Source: Ostreococcus lucimarinus (taxonomy: Eukaryota). From it: a stretch of 64,000 nt of DNA. Positions 38,603 through 48,030 of this stretch are shown here, piece after piece. Position numbers and translations under genes: made by a program. The DNA is taken from assembly GCA_000092065.1 (NCBI GenBank), contig CP000597.1; one strand, written 5' to 3'. Below the pieces are notes generated by a model. That model ran no database searches. It saw nothing but the letters and a program-made list of their open reading frames with translations, and was not told where the DNA came from. Each line of letters opens with the position of its first letter. Position 1 is the stretch's first letter.

Positions 38603-39127
38603 TCACGACGTCTCTCGCTCGTCTCCCGAACCCTCTAAACCAAAGCTCCTCGTCGCGTGTCGTTTCATCAACTGCGCGTTCCCTTTGCGTATCATATCCT
38701 CCACCAACGTCTTCGCGCGCGCGTAATCAAACTCCTCCATGTACGTCTCCCTGCACGCGCAAATCCGCAGCGCCACCTCCGGATTCGTCCCGAAGAACGC
38801 GTCCAACCATTCGTCCCCATCGCCCAGCGGCACGCCCTCCATCGCGCGTCGCAGGTCGTCGTAATCCGGGCACATGCACGTCCCGTCGCGCCCCGTGACC
38901 TGCGGCGCGAATCCTCCGTCGTTTCCCGCGCCCTCGAGGTGGCTCTGCACGACGCGAATCGCGACGAACGTGAACAGTCGGCGCAGCGTCTTCGCCGCCT
39001 TGGCCTCGGCGCTCTCGCCGCCCATCGCGTCGCCGGGGACGTAGAGCTTCGGCAGCGAGCGCGCGCGCGCGCGGCGCGCGCCGGGCGGCGGCGGCGCGAC
39101 GCGACGCGGGCGCGCGGCGGCGCGCAT
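38603..39127 (-). CDS. RbcX-like Rubisco assembly chaperone (small plastid-targeted protein).
   Basis: FTFVAIRVVQSHLEG...GDGDEWLDAFFGTNPEVALRICACRETYMEEFDYARAKTLVEDMIRKGNAQLMKRH resembles cyanobacterial RbcX (...LYTYQALRTVLAQL...DLALRILTVRETIAEEIAEF...). The N-terminus is Arg/Pro-rich. ATG (CAT 39125-39127). Confidence 0.5.
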   Translation of the reverse strand: MRAAARPRRVAPPPPGARRARARSLPKLYVPGDAMGGESAEAKAAKTLRRLFTFVAIRVVQSHLEGAGNDGGFAPQVTGRDGTCMCPDYDDLRRAMEGVPLGDGDEWLDAFFGTNPEVALRICACRETYMEEFDYARAKTLVEDMIRKGNAQLMKRHATRSFGLEGSGDERETS

Positions 39128-39366
39128 CGTCGGTCGGTCGGCGGTTCGTTATGCCGACACACCGAGGGGGCGATGAGCGCGAGGCGAGACGAGACTGGAT
39201 TCGCATCCAGCGCCGACGCGCGCGTTTTTACCGCTTCGCGCGAGAGCGACGATTTTCGTTGTAACCGCATCGCGCATCGCGTGTCGTGCGCGCGCGTTCG
39301 TTCGTTTGGTTCGTCGCGGTGGTCGGAACATCGTATTGCACGCGTCGACGCGTCGCGACTCGATTG

Positions 39367-40482
39367 CTAAAAGTTCAACCACGCCGTCATGTACTCGCAC
39401 GACGATGGGTTGATCAGCCCGTCCGGGCGACACTCGTTGATCACCGGACACACCCCACACGGGATGTCGGTGTAGGCGTTGGACTCGGGAACCGGCAGCG
39501 CCGCTCGCGTGTAAAACGTGATCGGCTGGAAATCCTCGTCTGCCTTACCCATCCCGTCGTCCTGAGACTCGTCTTTGATTTCATCCACCTTGCCGTCGTA
39601 CACGAGCGTGTTGACTATTTGTAAAACTTCATCCTGTCCGAGATCGATGCGACTGAGCTCGCTCGCGCGAACGAAATCGCTCACTTCTTTCAGCGTCACG
39701 CGCTCGCGCGAGTAGATGAATTTCACGCACTGCTCGCGCAACACGCTGATAAATTCGGCGTCGTACTCCTGCTCGGTGTACCACGCCCCGCCAGTGATCT
39801 CTCGGCTCGGTTCGAGCTCGTACAGCATGTACACCTTTCGATTTTGTTGCGCCACGTGCTTGACGGATTTGATCAACTTTCTCGCCTCGAGCGTCTTGAA
39901 AATCTTCGTAATCTGCGGCACCGGTAGATTCGACCGCTGTTTCAGCTCCTTCGTCCACATCCCCGCGTTCCCGGCGTGCTGAATGATCTGATACACCAGC
40001 ATATCTTCCGTGCTCAAACCCTTAAACTTCGCCGCCTGCGCCTCGCGCACTCGCGCGTACACCAACCCCCCGCCCCGTCCGAACACGTCAATCTTCTTCT
40101 CCCGCAGCAAGGTGTTGATCGCCTCCGCGCGCTCTTCCACCGACATCTCCTGCCCGAGCATCGTCGCCAACTCGTCCTCCGTCACGCCCGTTCGCGCGCC
40201 CTCGCGTCTCGACGCGTTCGACGAGCTCGCGCCGTCGCCCCGTCCCGCGCCCGCGCGTCCTCGCGCGTCGCCATCCTCGTCCCGTTCCCCTCCCTCCGCG
40301 TCCTCGCTCGCGCCGGACCGTCGTCGCTTTCCCGGCGCGTCCGCGCGCGCGCCCTCCGCGCCGCGCGCGTCGTCGCCGTCGCCGTCGCCGTCGCCGCCGT
40401 CCGCCTTTTCGATGTGTTCCAAAACCACCCGCGCGCGGTTCCGCGCCGCCGCCTGCGCCGCCGCCTGCGCCGCGCGCGACAT
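39367..40482 (-). CDS. RNA polymerase III subunit C34 (RPC6/POLR3F) homolog with a C-terminal cysteine cluster.
   Basis: Tandem winged-helix region LVYQIIQHAGNAGMWTKELKQRSNLPVPQITKIFKTLEARKLIKSVKHV...KVYMLYELEPS; C-terminal CGVCPVINECRPDGLINPSSCEYMTAW, the four-Cys [4Fe-4S] module of RPC34. The ORF-track start at 40629 is GTG. The ATG at 40480-40482 is chosen. Confidence 0.7.
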   Translation of the reverse strand: MSRAAQAAAQAAARNRARVVLEHIEKADGGDGDGDGDDARGAEGARADAPGKRRRSGASEDAEGGERDEDGDARGRAGAGRGDGASSSNASRREGARTGVTEDELATMLGQEMSVEERAEAINTLLREKKIDVFGRGGGLVYARVREAQAAKFKGLSTEDMLVYQIIQHAGNAGMWTKELKQRSNLPVPQITKIFKTLEARKLIKSVKHVAQQNRKVYMLYELEPSREITGGAWYTEQEYDAEFISVLREQCVKFIYSRERVTLKEVSDFVRASELSRIDLGQDEVLQIVNTLVYDGKVDEIKDESQDDGMGKADEDFQPITFYTRAALPVPESNAYTDIPCGVCPVINECRPDGLINPSSCEYMTAWLNF

Positions 40483-40880
40483 CGACGTCGCGCGTTCGAT
40501 CGATCGTCGCGCGGCGCGGGCGCTCGAGCGCGGCGCGCGCGTCGCGCGATGGCGACGGCGGCGCGCGCGCGTCGGTCGCCGCCGTTGTAGCGCGGTGTGT
40601 AAATAATCTGGTGGCGTGTGATAACGCACGCATACGACGATGATTTAAGCCCAGTATCGTTCCCAACCATCGTTCGTAGTGCGCGCGCGAAAGCGCCGTG
40701 TCGTCGTCGCGGCGCCCGCGCGCGCGATCGATCGATCGAGGTTCACCGCGCGCGAGCGAAACGCGCGCCGAGTTTCGCTCGCGCGCGGTGAACCTCGACG
40801 CGAGTTTCGCGCGCGAACGACGCGGTCGATCGATCGCGCGCGGGCGCGCGGCGCGCGGCCTCATTCCCGCACGCACCCCG

Positions 40881-42086
40881 ATGTTCGCGCGAACCTTGAA
40901 CACCGTCACCCTCGCGAGCGCCCCCGCGCGCGCGACGAAGCGCTGCGCGAAGCGCGCGACCGTGGTCGTGCGCGCCGAGGGCGAAACCGAGGCCGAGGCC
41001 GCGCCGGCGCCGGTCAAGGTGCGACGATTCGACGACGCGCGCGCGCGATGCGGGATCGCGTTTCGGACGTTCGGGCGGTGTGACGACGCGCGCGAACGCG
41101 CGGTGGGACGAACGACGGCGCGAAACTGTGGATGGGAAAAGTTTGCGGCGGATCGACGGCGTCGCGAGGGCGCGCGCGCGAGGGCGCGCGCGCGAGGGAG
41201 GGGCGATGGCGATCGGGGCGTTGATACGATCGCGCACCGTATCTCGCGACGGGGTTCAAAGATTTGGGTGATTTGTTGAGTCGTGACTCGCCAATCGTGG
41301 GGGTTGGGCGAGCGCGCGCGAGACGAGACGAGACGCGCGGTGACTGACGACGAATGCGTGTTTTTGTGTGTTTTACAGAAGGCGGCGCGCAAGACGGATG
41401 ACCTCGCGCCGTTGTACGTGCTCGGGAACTCTGACCAGTCGTTGTCTTACCTCGACGGCTCTTTGCCGGGCGACTACGGGTTCGATCCGCTCGGGTTGTC
41501 CGACCCGGAAGGTGCCGGTGGTTTCATCAACCCGCAATGGTTGGCGTACTCTGAAGTGATCCACGGTCGATGGGCAATGCTCGGTGTGGCCGGTATGGTT
41601 GCCCCGGAGGTGCTCGGCGGCCTCGGCATCATCCCGCAAGAAACCGGCTTGGTCTGGTACAAGGCGGGTATGATCCCGGCGCAAGGCACGTACGATTACT
41701 GGGCCAACCCGTTCACGATCTTCTGGATCAACGCCGCGTTGATGAACTTTGCTGAACTTCGCCGCGCGCAAGATTACTGGAACCCGGGCTCCATGGGCAA
41801 GCAAGAACTCATCGGCTGGGAAAAGATGCTCGGGGGCTCCGGCGAACCGGCATACCCGGGTGGTTTCTTCAACATCATGGGCCAAGGCAAGTCCGACATG
41901 GCGAAGATGCGTGTCAAGGAAATCAAGAACGGTCGTCTTGCGATGATGGCGTGCTTCGCGTGCGGCGCGCAAGCCGTGATGACGGGTGAAGGCCCGGTGA
42001 AGAACTTGATTGACCACGTCTCCGATCCGTTCGGCCACAACTTGCTCGTGAACTTCCAAAACATTGGCGGCGTCTCTCCGTTCTAA
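40881..42086 (+). CDS. Light-harvesting chlorophyll a/b-binding protein (LHC), two exons: 40881..41018 and 41379..42086.
   Basis: Exon 1 is the transit peptide [46 protein letters not shown]. Exon 2 carries [64 protein letters not shown] and [11 protein letters not shown]. The intron donor is AAG|GTGCGA at 41019 and the acceptor TTTTACAG| at 41371-41378. Confidence 0.75.
41019..41378 (+). other. Spliceosomal intron (360 nt) in the LHC gene, at the transit-peptide/mature-protein junction.
   Basis: The donor is GTGCGA. A CTGAC branch-like element lies at 41342-41346. A T-rich tract and CAG acceptor end at 41378. Exons join in frame (...PAPVK|[16 protein letters not shown]...). Confidence 0.55.
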
Positions 42087-42177
42087 GCGGGTTGACATTT
42101 AGCTAGTAGCAGCGCTTTGTTTTGTATGTAAACACAACAAAAGCATCATCAAAAACAATCGTCCCATCAACTTCCTC

Positions 42178-42876
42178 CTACTCGGCGACGCCCCACGCCT
42201 GGCGCGCGCATTCGACGGCGTCGCTCGGTTTGGCGAGACGCAGCGTTTCCAACGCCGCGGTCGCGGTCGCGGTCCCGGCCAAACGTAAGTGCGCGCGAAA
42301 GCAACCACAGCGCGTCAGCGCGCACAGAATGCTCGCCGCACGCTCGACGCAATTTTCGTCTCGCTCGACGCGAGCGCGAATCAGTCGAACGAAATCGCGC
42401 AACGCGTCCAACCCGATCTCAACCTTGAACACTGACTCGAACGCGTCGAGCGGAAAGTCGAACAAGAATTGTGTCTTCAACGCGTCGTCGGTTCCGCACG
42501 TGCGTCGCCATGCGCGCGCGAATTCATCCGCCGTGCGCGGCGCGCGCGGCGACGGCGCGGTCAACGAACCGCCGCCGTTGACCTCGGACGCGCGCGGGCG
42601 ACGTAGATCGAACGCGACGTTCGAGATCTGAACGTCGTGACTCTGAGCCGCATGAAACACTCGCGACGTCGTCGTCGCCGCCGCCGTTCGCGATTTCTCG
42701 ATCGGTTTCAAGTTGGCTCCGAGCACGAGCTGGCGAAAGGCTTGGTAGTCGCACCGTTGCTCAGCGGCGCGCTTCTTCGCGTCGTCCACGGCGGCGCGGT
42801 GACGATCGAGTTCGAGCGCGCGAGAGAATGCGATTTCCATAGATTCGTGGCGCTGGAGCGCCCGCGGGGCGTTCAT
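42178..42876 (-). CDS. Hypothetical protein with an RPAP3_C/CCDC103-like C-terminal region; low confidence.
   Basis: An ATG at 42874-42876 begins MNAPRALQRHESMEIAFSRALELDRHRAAVDDAKKRAAEQRCDYQAFRQLV. The C-terminal ...TQFLFDFPLDAFESVFKVEIGLDALRDFVRLI block is reminiscent of the RPAP3_C fold of CCDC103-type dynein assembly factors. The call rests on weak pattern memory only. Confidence 0.3.
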   Translation of the reverse strand: MNAPRALQRHESMEIAFSRALELDRHRAAVDDAKKRAAEQRCDYQAFRQLVLGANLKPIEKSRTAAATTTSRVFHAAQSHDVQISNVAFDLRRPRASEVNGGGSLTAPSPRAPRTADEFARAWRRTCGTDDALKTQFLFDFPLDAFESVFKVEIGLDALRDFVRLIRARVERDENCVERAASILCALTRCGCFRAHLRLAGTATATAALETLRLAKPSDAVECARQAWGVAE

Positions 42877-43015
42877 CGTCGACGATGGTACGAGGGGAAG
42901 AGTGACGCCGCGCGTGGCGCGACGAAGTAGTGGATATTTTTTCTCGGATAACAAACTTCAACGCGTTTCCGCATTGAGGGATCAACCAAACGCTGCGATT
43001 CGCGGGCTAAGGCGC

Positions 43016-44100
43016 TTAGTACACCTCGACGTGCCATTGGCCCTTCTTCTTGAGGCCTTCGAGCCATTCTTCGTAGCTGATGCCCTTCTCCTTGCACACG
43101 CCTTCCAACATGGACAAGATGCCCGGCATCATACCCTTGAGACCGCAGAAGTACATGTGAGCGCCGCCGTCGAGGAGTTGGAACACTTGGTCCTTGTACT
43201 CTTCAACCTTGTCTTGGATGTACATCTTACCACCGTTCTTGTTGGTGTCTTCGCGGGAGAGCGCGTAGTCGATGCGGAACTGATCCGGGAAACGCTTGGC
43301 GCACTCTTGGAACTCGTCGTCGTACAACTTGGCGTCAGAGTTAGCGACACCCATGAACAACCACGCGAGACCCTTGAATTCCCAGTTCGGGACGTCTTCG
43401 AGGAAGAATCGGCGAATGTAGGAGCGCATCGGGGCGATACCGGTACCGGTGGCGACCATGATGACCGGCGTCGCCGGGTCCTTCGGCAAGAGCATGACTT
43501 GACCAGTCGGGCCAGTCATCATGACTTCGGCACCCGGCTTGGCGTCGCACAAGAAGTTGGAGCAGATGCCCTTCTTGGCCGGATCTTCGGCGTTCATTTC
43601 CGGATCCCAGTACGTCGCACGGCGAACGCACAAGGTCGCGGTTTGGCCGTCGTAGGAGTCGCCGTAACGGGACGACGCGATGGAGTACAAGCGCACGCCG
43701 TGCGGCACTTCCTTACCCTTGGAGTTCACCTTGGTACCCGGCGGGATGACACCGTACGATTGACCTTCCCAGAACGGCATCTTACCACCGTGTTCGATGA
43801 TGATGTGGCACGTTTCGCCAGTCGCGTTCGGGCCGACGATGCGCTCGACGGAGCGCACCTTACCCGTGAACGGTTCCTTGTTCTTGAACGTGTTCAACGG
43901 AAGCGGCATGTCCTCGAGCTCGAGCGGCACCTTCGCGCGTCCCTTCGGGTCGATGTTCTTGTTCGCCGTCGGCGAGCACTGCAAGCCGAGACCGTAGTCC
44001 GTGCCTTCGGCGCGCACCACCGCCGTCGCGCGGCGCGCCTTGGTTTGGCGCGCCGCGTTGATCTTCGCGCCGGCGAACGCGGAAACCTATCGCACCGCGT
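43016..44100 (-). CDS. petH: Ferredoxin--NADP+ reductase, chloroplast (FNR). The 5' exon with the start codon is unresolved.
   Basis: FAD site RLYSIASS; NADP site [13 protein letters not shown]; C-terminus [12 protein letters not shown]...[14 protein letters not shown]...[18 protein letters not shown]. The frame is open upstream of the first ATG (44020) and encodes a transit-peptide tail ...[34 protein letters not shown]|G acceptor-like site near 44085-44090 suggests an upstream exon. Confidence 0.8.
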
Positions 44101-44769
44101 CATCACGCGCGTCACATCGTCAGTCTCCGCGCGCATCGCATCGCGCGCCTTCGCATTCATCCCCCTCGCGCCTCCGCGCGCGTCTCGTCGCGCGCGTCGC
44201 GCTCGCCTCGCGTCTCGCCGGGTTCCAAAGCCCGATCGCCCGCCCGCTCGGTCCATCGCGCATCGCTCGGCGCACCTTCGCGGAAACGTTCATCTGCGCT
44301 CGTGGAAGCGATCGCACGATTTCATTCCATTCGTCAGTCCTCCGCGCGCGTCTCGCGCGCGTTCGCCTTCGTCGTCGCGTCCCGTCGAAGCGATCGCCGT
44401 CGACCCGCGATCGCCGCGCGTCGATCGCCGCGCGTCGCGTTTTTCCCGCCGTTCGCGCGCGCGCGTCCCTACGCGCGCGCGCGACGGCGACGCGATCGAG
44501 CGCGCGAATATTTTTGTCGCGCGCGCGTCGCGCGCGAGACGCACCGTGAGCGCCATCGCGCGCGTCGTTCGAGAGTGTCGCGCGCGGCGCGGCGTCGGCC
44601 GACCTTATCCGAGTCTCGCGTCGTCGTGGGTGATACACGGAACATCTCTCGGGGTGGTCGGTCGCCGTTTGCGTATTGTGCGCCGCGGAACGCCATGTGT
44701 GTGGGATTTTCGTGACGACCGGCGCGTGCCCGTCATCGCGCGCGCGTCGACGCGAGACCGCGACGCGCG

Positions 44770-45639
44770 ATGCGTGCGAACGCGAGCCCGCGCGACGCGC
44801 GTGACGCGATGCCGCCGCGCGGTGGCGCGCGCGCGACGACGCGACGCGCGACGCGCGCGACGACGCGGCGATGCGAAGGGACGCGTAACGCGATGACGTC
44901 GCGCGTCGCGCGCGCGCGCGTCGTCGCGCGCGCGTCGGACGCGCGCGAGGGATCGCTGTTGGACGCGATGGACGACGCGTGCCCGGTGCCGCGGGATCAG
45001 CGGCCGCGGGCGCAGTACGAGGAGCTCAGGGACGGGGTGGTGCAGTCGTGGCCGACGCGCGGCGCGGCCGGCTACGCGGCGCGCGTGACGGGGCTGTTTG
45101 GGTTCTTTTACGGCGTCGTCGCGTACCCGATCGCGTGTGAGTCGTACGATCCGACGAGTCAGTTCACGGAGACGTGCGTGAGCGCGCTCGTGGGGGCGTC
45201 GGGAGCGACGGCGGCGATGGTGTTGAACATGTACAACGGGTGGTCGTACGTGCGCGACAGGTTGTTGAGCGCGACGGTGGAGTACGAGGAGACGGGGTGG
45301 TACGATGGGCAGGTGTACGTGAAGGATCCGGAGATGCTGGCGAGGGATAGACTTTTGGGGACGTACACCGTGCGACCGGTGGTGGAGATGTTGAGGAAAA
45401 CGTTGATTGGGTGCGGGGCGACGGCGATGATTTCGCTGCTCGCGCTGCGAGTCATCGACGCGCCGAGCGGGCAGGGTCGAGGCGATTTCGGCGCGCAACA
45501 AGGGTATTACTCCGAGACGTCCGCGGCGAAATATGAAGAAGACGAGGAGGAGGAGGAAGACATGGAGCAAATGCAAGCGAGCGCGTTTCGTTGGTCTTCT
45601 GACGCGGACGCTCCGGCGATCGAGATTTCCAGAGAATGA
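44770..45639 (+). CDS. Ycf36/DUF1230-family (CGLD27-like) plastid protein.
   Basis: CPVPRDQRPRAQYEELRDGVVQSW matches the CPVPxEQQPxNEYxxL signature at the start of Ycf36. Two TM helices are predicted, and EYEETGWYDGQ follows. The N-terminus is Arg/Ala/Thr-rich (MRANASPRDARDAMPPRGGARATTRRATRATTRR), consistent with a transit peptide. The C-terminus is an acidic Glu-rich tail. Confidence 0.55.
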   Translation: MRANASPRDARDAMPPRGGARATTRRATRATTRRCEGTRNAMTSRVARARVVARASDAREGSLLDAMDDACPVPRDQRPRAQYEELRDGVVQSWPTRGAAGYAARVTGLFGFFYGVVAYPIACESYDPTSQFTETCVSALVGASGATAAMVLNMYNGWSYVRDRLLSATVEYEETGWYDGQVYVKDPEMLARDRLLGTYTVRPVVEMLRKTLIGCGATAMISLLALRVIDAPSGQGRGDFGAQQGYYSETSAAKYEEDEEEEEDMEQMQASAFRWSSDADAPAIEISRE

Positions 45640-45703
45640 ATAGATTTTGCTGCGTAGTTTGTCAATTCTAAACCCCCTAGTGTAACTCCCTTCTACCTAC
45701 TTA

Positions 45704-47758
45704 CTACTGCTCCCCGTTCGCCTCGAGCGTCTGGAGCGTGCTGGCGAACCGCACGCACACCTCGGCGTGCAGCGGGAGCGGCGCGCGAATGCTTCCAAAT
45801 TCATCCGCGATGTTTTCGCTCAAGCACATCATTCCGAGCTGCGACAGACGCGTGGCGTATAGCGCGGCCAAATGCTTCAGCGTGTTCATATCTGTCGTGG
45901 CGTCGAGCGCTCGCACGCGCGCGCTCGATACGTTGGTGTTGAATGCGACGCGGAATGATTTCTGCGCACACGGCGGCGCCGCGTACGTCTTGACGGTCTT
46001 GGTCTCCTCGACGCTCTCCGCGACGAATGACACATCGCGCGCCGTGGTCGGCACCAGGGCGGCGATGCGCGCGGGCACGGAGTCGGGCTCAAAGCATGTC
46101 ATCTCCAGACGCGTCAAGAAATCGCGATCGAGCGGTGCGGGCGCAGCTTTGCACGCTGTTTCCAGCGCCGCGCGCTCCGCCGATGACGGCGCACCCAGGC
46201 GACAAATCGCCGCGCGCTGAAACTTTAATCGCTCATTCGCTTTCGCGCCGTACGCGAACGCCAACTGCTCGGCGAGTGCGCTCGTTCGATCTATGAGCCA
46301 TCGCAAGCCAGTCGCGAGGCAGTCGGCCTCGTCCGCGAACGGTTCGGCCTCGAGCGTGAGGAATTCGCCGTGTGAGTCGGACCACGAGGCGACGATCCAT
46401 CGCGACGCCGCCACGACGTACGCGCAGTGCAAGCCACGAACACGCGAGTCGTCGTCGTCGATTTCGGGCGTCAACGTGTATAGCGGCTCGTACGCGGGAA
46501 ACGGTGGGAGATTGCGCTCGCTCGACGTCTCTGGAATCCTAAACAACGGGTGCGGCGTTCGCCTGCCGACGACGGCGGCGCCCGAGACGCCCTCGCGCCC
46601 GTCCGTCGTCTCGGAGGTGCGAAAACTTCGCGGGGCATCGTTGAGATGATCGTTCGGGAGCGACAATCCCCGCGTCACCGTAGGTCTGGTGAGTTTAGTG
46701 AAGACGTTGAACGCCATCGCTCGCACGCTCGTGGATGACCAAGAGTACGCGTCTTCGCACCACGACGACGGAATCGCTTGCACGGAGACGGACAAGAAGC
46801 GTCGCGCCACCGACGCCGTCGCGGCGCTCATGACGTGCGATGCGAGCGCGATCACGGTCAAGGCGTCGATATCTTCGACTTCGTCGGGAATGACGACGTA
46901 AATCACGCACATTCGCGGACCGAGCGCGCCGAGCTCAGCCGCGCGCTGCGCCGCCGCGCTCAACGTTCTCGAATACCGCTCCAACGCCGAAAGCGTCGAC
47001 GCGCTCGCACCGTCCTCGGCGCCGTCGAACAAGCCCGCGTCGTCGCCTTCGACCATCGATGCGTGCGTCCCCAGCCCCAGCGCCGCGTACTCGCGAGAAA
47101 TCTCTCGCATCACCGTCGCCGCGCCGCGTCTCGCGCGTTCGCTCGTCGTCTCCCCCGCGCACACCGCGTACGCGCAATCCTTCCCTCTCCCCGCGTACGG
47201 CTCAAACGGCGCCGCGCGCCACCGCTCCACGCACTCCTCCACCGCGCACGTCCCATCTTTCCCTCCCACGTCCAACCAATCCCCTTGATACCGCGTCCTG
47301 ATCCCCCGCCCCGTCGTCGCCGCCGTCGCCTCGCGCGTCCCGCCCGCCCCCCGTGCCTCGTCGTCTCTCCCTCCCATCCCGCACTTCGCCCGCGCCCGCG
47401 TCGCCGCCGCGCGTCTCACCGGATCCCCAGCGCTCATCGCCGCGCGCGCCGCGATCGCCAGCGCCTCCGCGTCGCGCAGCGTCGCCGCGAACGCCGTCGC
47501 CCGCGCGCGCGCCGGCGTCCGCCGCGTCCGCGCGCGCCCGCGATTCCTCCCTCCCTCGTCGCGCCCGCGCGCGCGCGCGCGCGCGCGTGGCGATCGACGC
47601 GTCGCCGGCGTCGGCGTGTTCGCGATCCACGGCGCGACGTACGGGCGTCGATACGGCGTCGCGCGCGTCGAGGAGCGCGTCGTCGTCGTCGCGTCGTCGT
47701 CGCTCGCGCGTCGCGCGTCGTCGCTCGAGCGTCGCGCGTCGCGCGCGGGCGAGTCCAT
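45704..47758 (-). CDS. Conserved hypothetical large protein (684 aa), function unknown.
   Basis: Continuous ORF with an ATG at 47756-47758. The composition is natural over most of its length (e.g. LIDRTSALAEQLAFAYGAKANERLKFQRAAICRLG, DMNTLKHLAALYATRLSQLGMMCLSENIADEFG). No recognised catalytic motif. Confidence 0.4.
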   Translation of the reverse strand: MDSPARDARRSSDDARRASDDDATTTTRSSTRATPYRRPYVAPWIANTPTPATRRSPRARARARGRDEGGRNRGRARTRRTPARARATAFAATLRDAEALAIAARAAMSAGDPVRRAAATRARAKCGMGGRDDEARGAGGTREATAATTGRGIRTRYQGDWLDVGGKDGTCAVEECVERWRAAPFEPYAGRGKDCAYAVCAGETTSERARRGAATVMREISREYAALGLGTHASMVEGDDAGLFDGAEDGASASTLSALERYSRTLSAAAQRAAELGALGPRMCVIYVVIPDEVEDIDALTVIALASHVMSAATASVARRFLSVSVQAIPSSWCEDAYSWSSTSVRAMAFNVFTKLTRPTVTRGLSLPNDHLNDAPRSFRTSETTDGREGVSGAAVVGRRTPHPLFRIPETSSERNLPPFPAYEPLYTLTPEIDDDDSRVRGLHCAYVVAASRWIVASWSDSHGEFLTLEAEPFADEADCLATGLRWLIDRTSALAEQLAFAYGAKANERLKFQRAAICRLGAPSSAERAALETACKAAPAPLDRDFLTRLEMTCFEPDSVPARIAALVPTTARDVSFVAESVEETKTVKTYAAPPCAQKSFRVAFNTNVSSARVRALDATTDMNTLKHLAALYATRLSQLGMMCLSENIADEFGSIRAPLPLHAEVCVRFASTLQTLEANGEQ

Positions 47759-47857
47759 GCCGGCGTCGTGGTGGACGAGGCGCGTCGATCACCGCGCGCG
47801 CGACGCCCGCGGCGTCGGTCGCGCGTCGCCGCGTCGCGCGCGTCGCCGGGGACGGTT

Positions 47858-48030
47858 GGACGGGCGTTCGGACGCCGAATGTCCGAATCGTGTTCGAATC
47901 GTGTGCGTAAACAGTGCGACGATGGTTTGCACATCGGTCGGACGGACGTTCGGACGCCGAATGTCCGAATCGTGTTCGAATCGTGTGCGTAAACAGTGAG
48001 ACGATGGTTTGTACATCGGTCGGACGGACG
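47858..48030. repeat. Tandem duplication of an 82-bp unit (about 2.1 copies, 2 to 3 mismatches).
   Basis: cggacgccgaatgtccgaatcgtgttcgaatcgtgtgcgtaaacagtg[c/a]gacgatggtttg[c/t]acatcggtcggacggac is repeated with a period of 82 bp (47869 and 47951). It lies in the long spacer between the 684-aa gene start and the cyclin gene. Confidence 0.85.

Noticed and set aside
27821-48030. The 67-bp and 82-bp tandem duplications, considered as mobile elements or introner-like elements.
   Set aside because: The two units are unrelated in sequence. They lack terminal inverted repeats, target-site duplications and splice-site boundaries. One overlaps a stop codon rather than an intron. They are better explained as local slippage duplications. 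A genome-wide copy search would be needed to exclude dispersed repeats.
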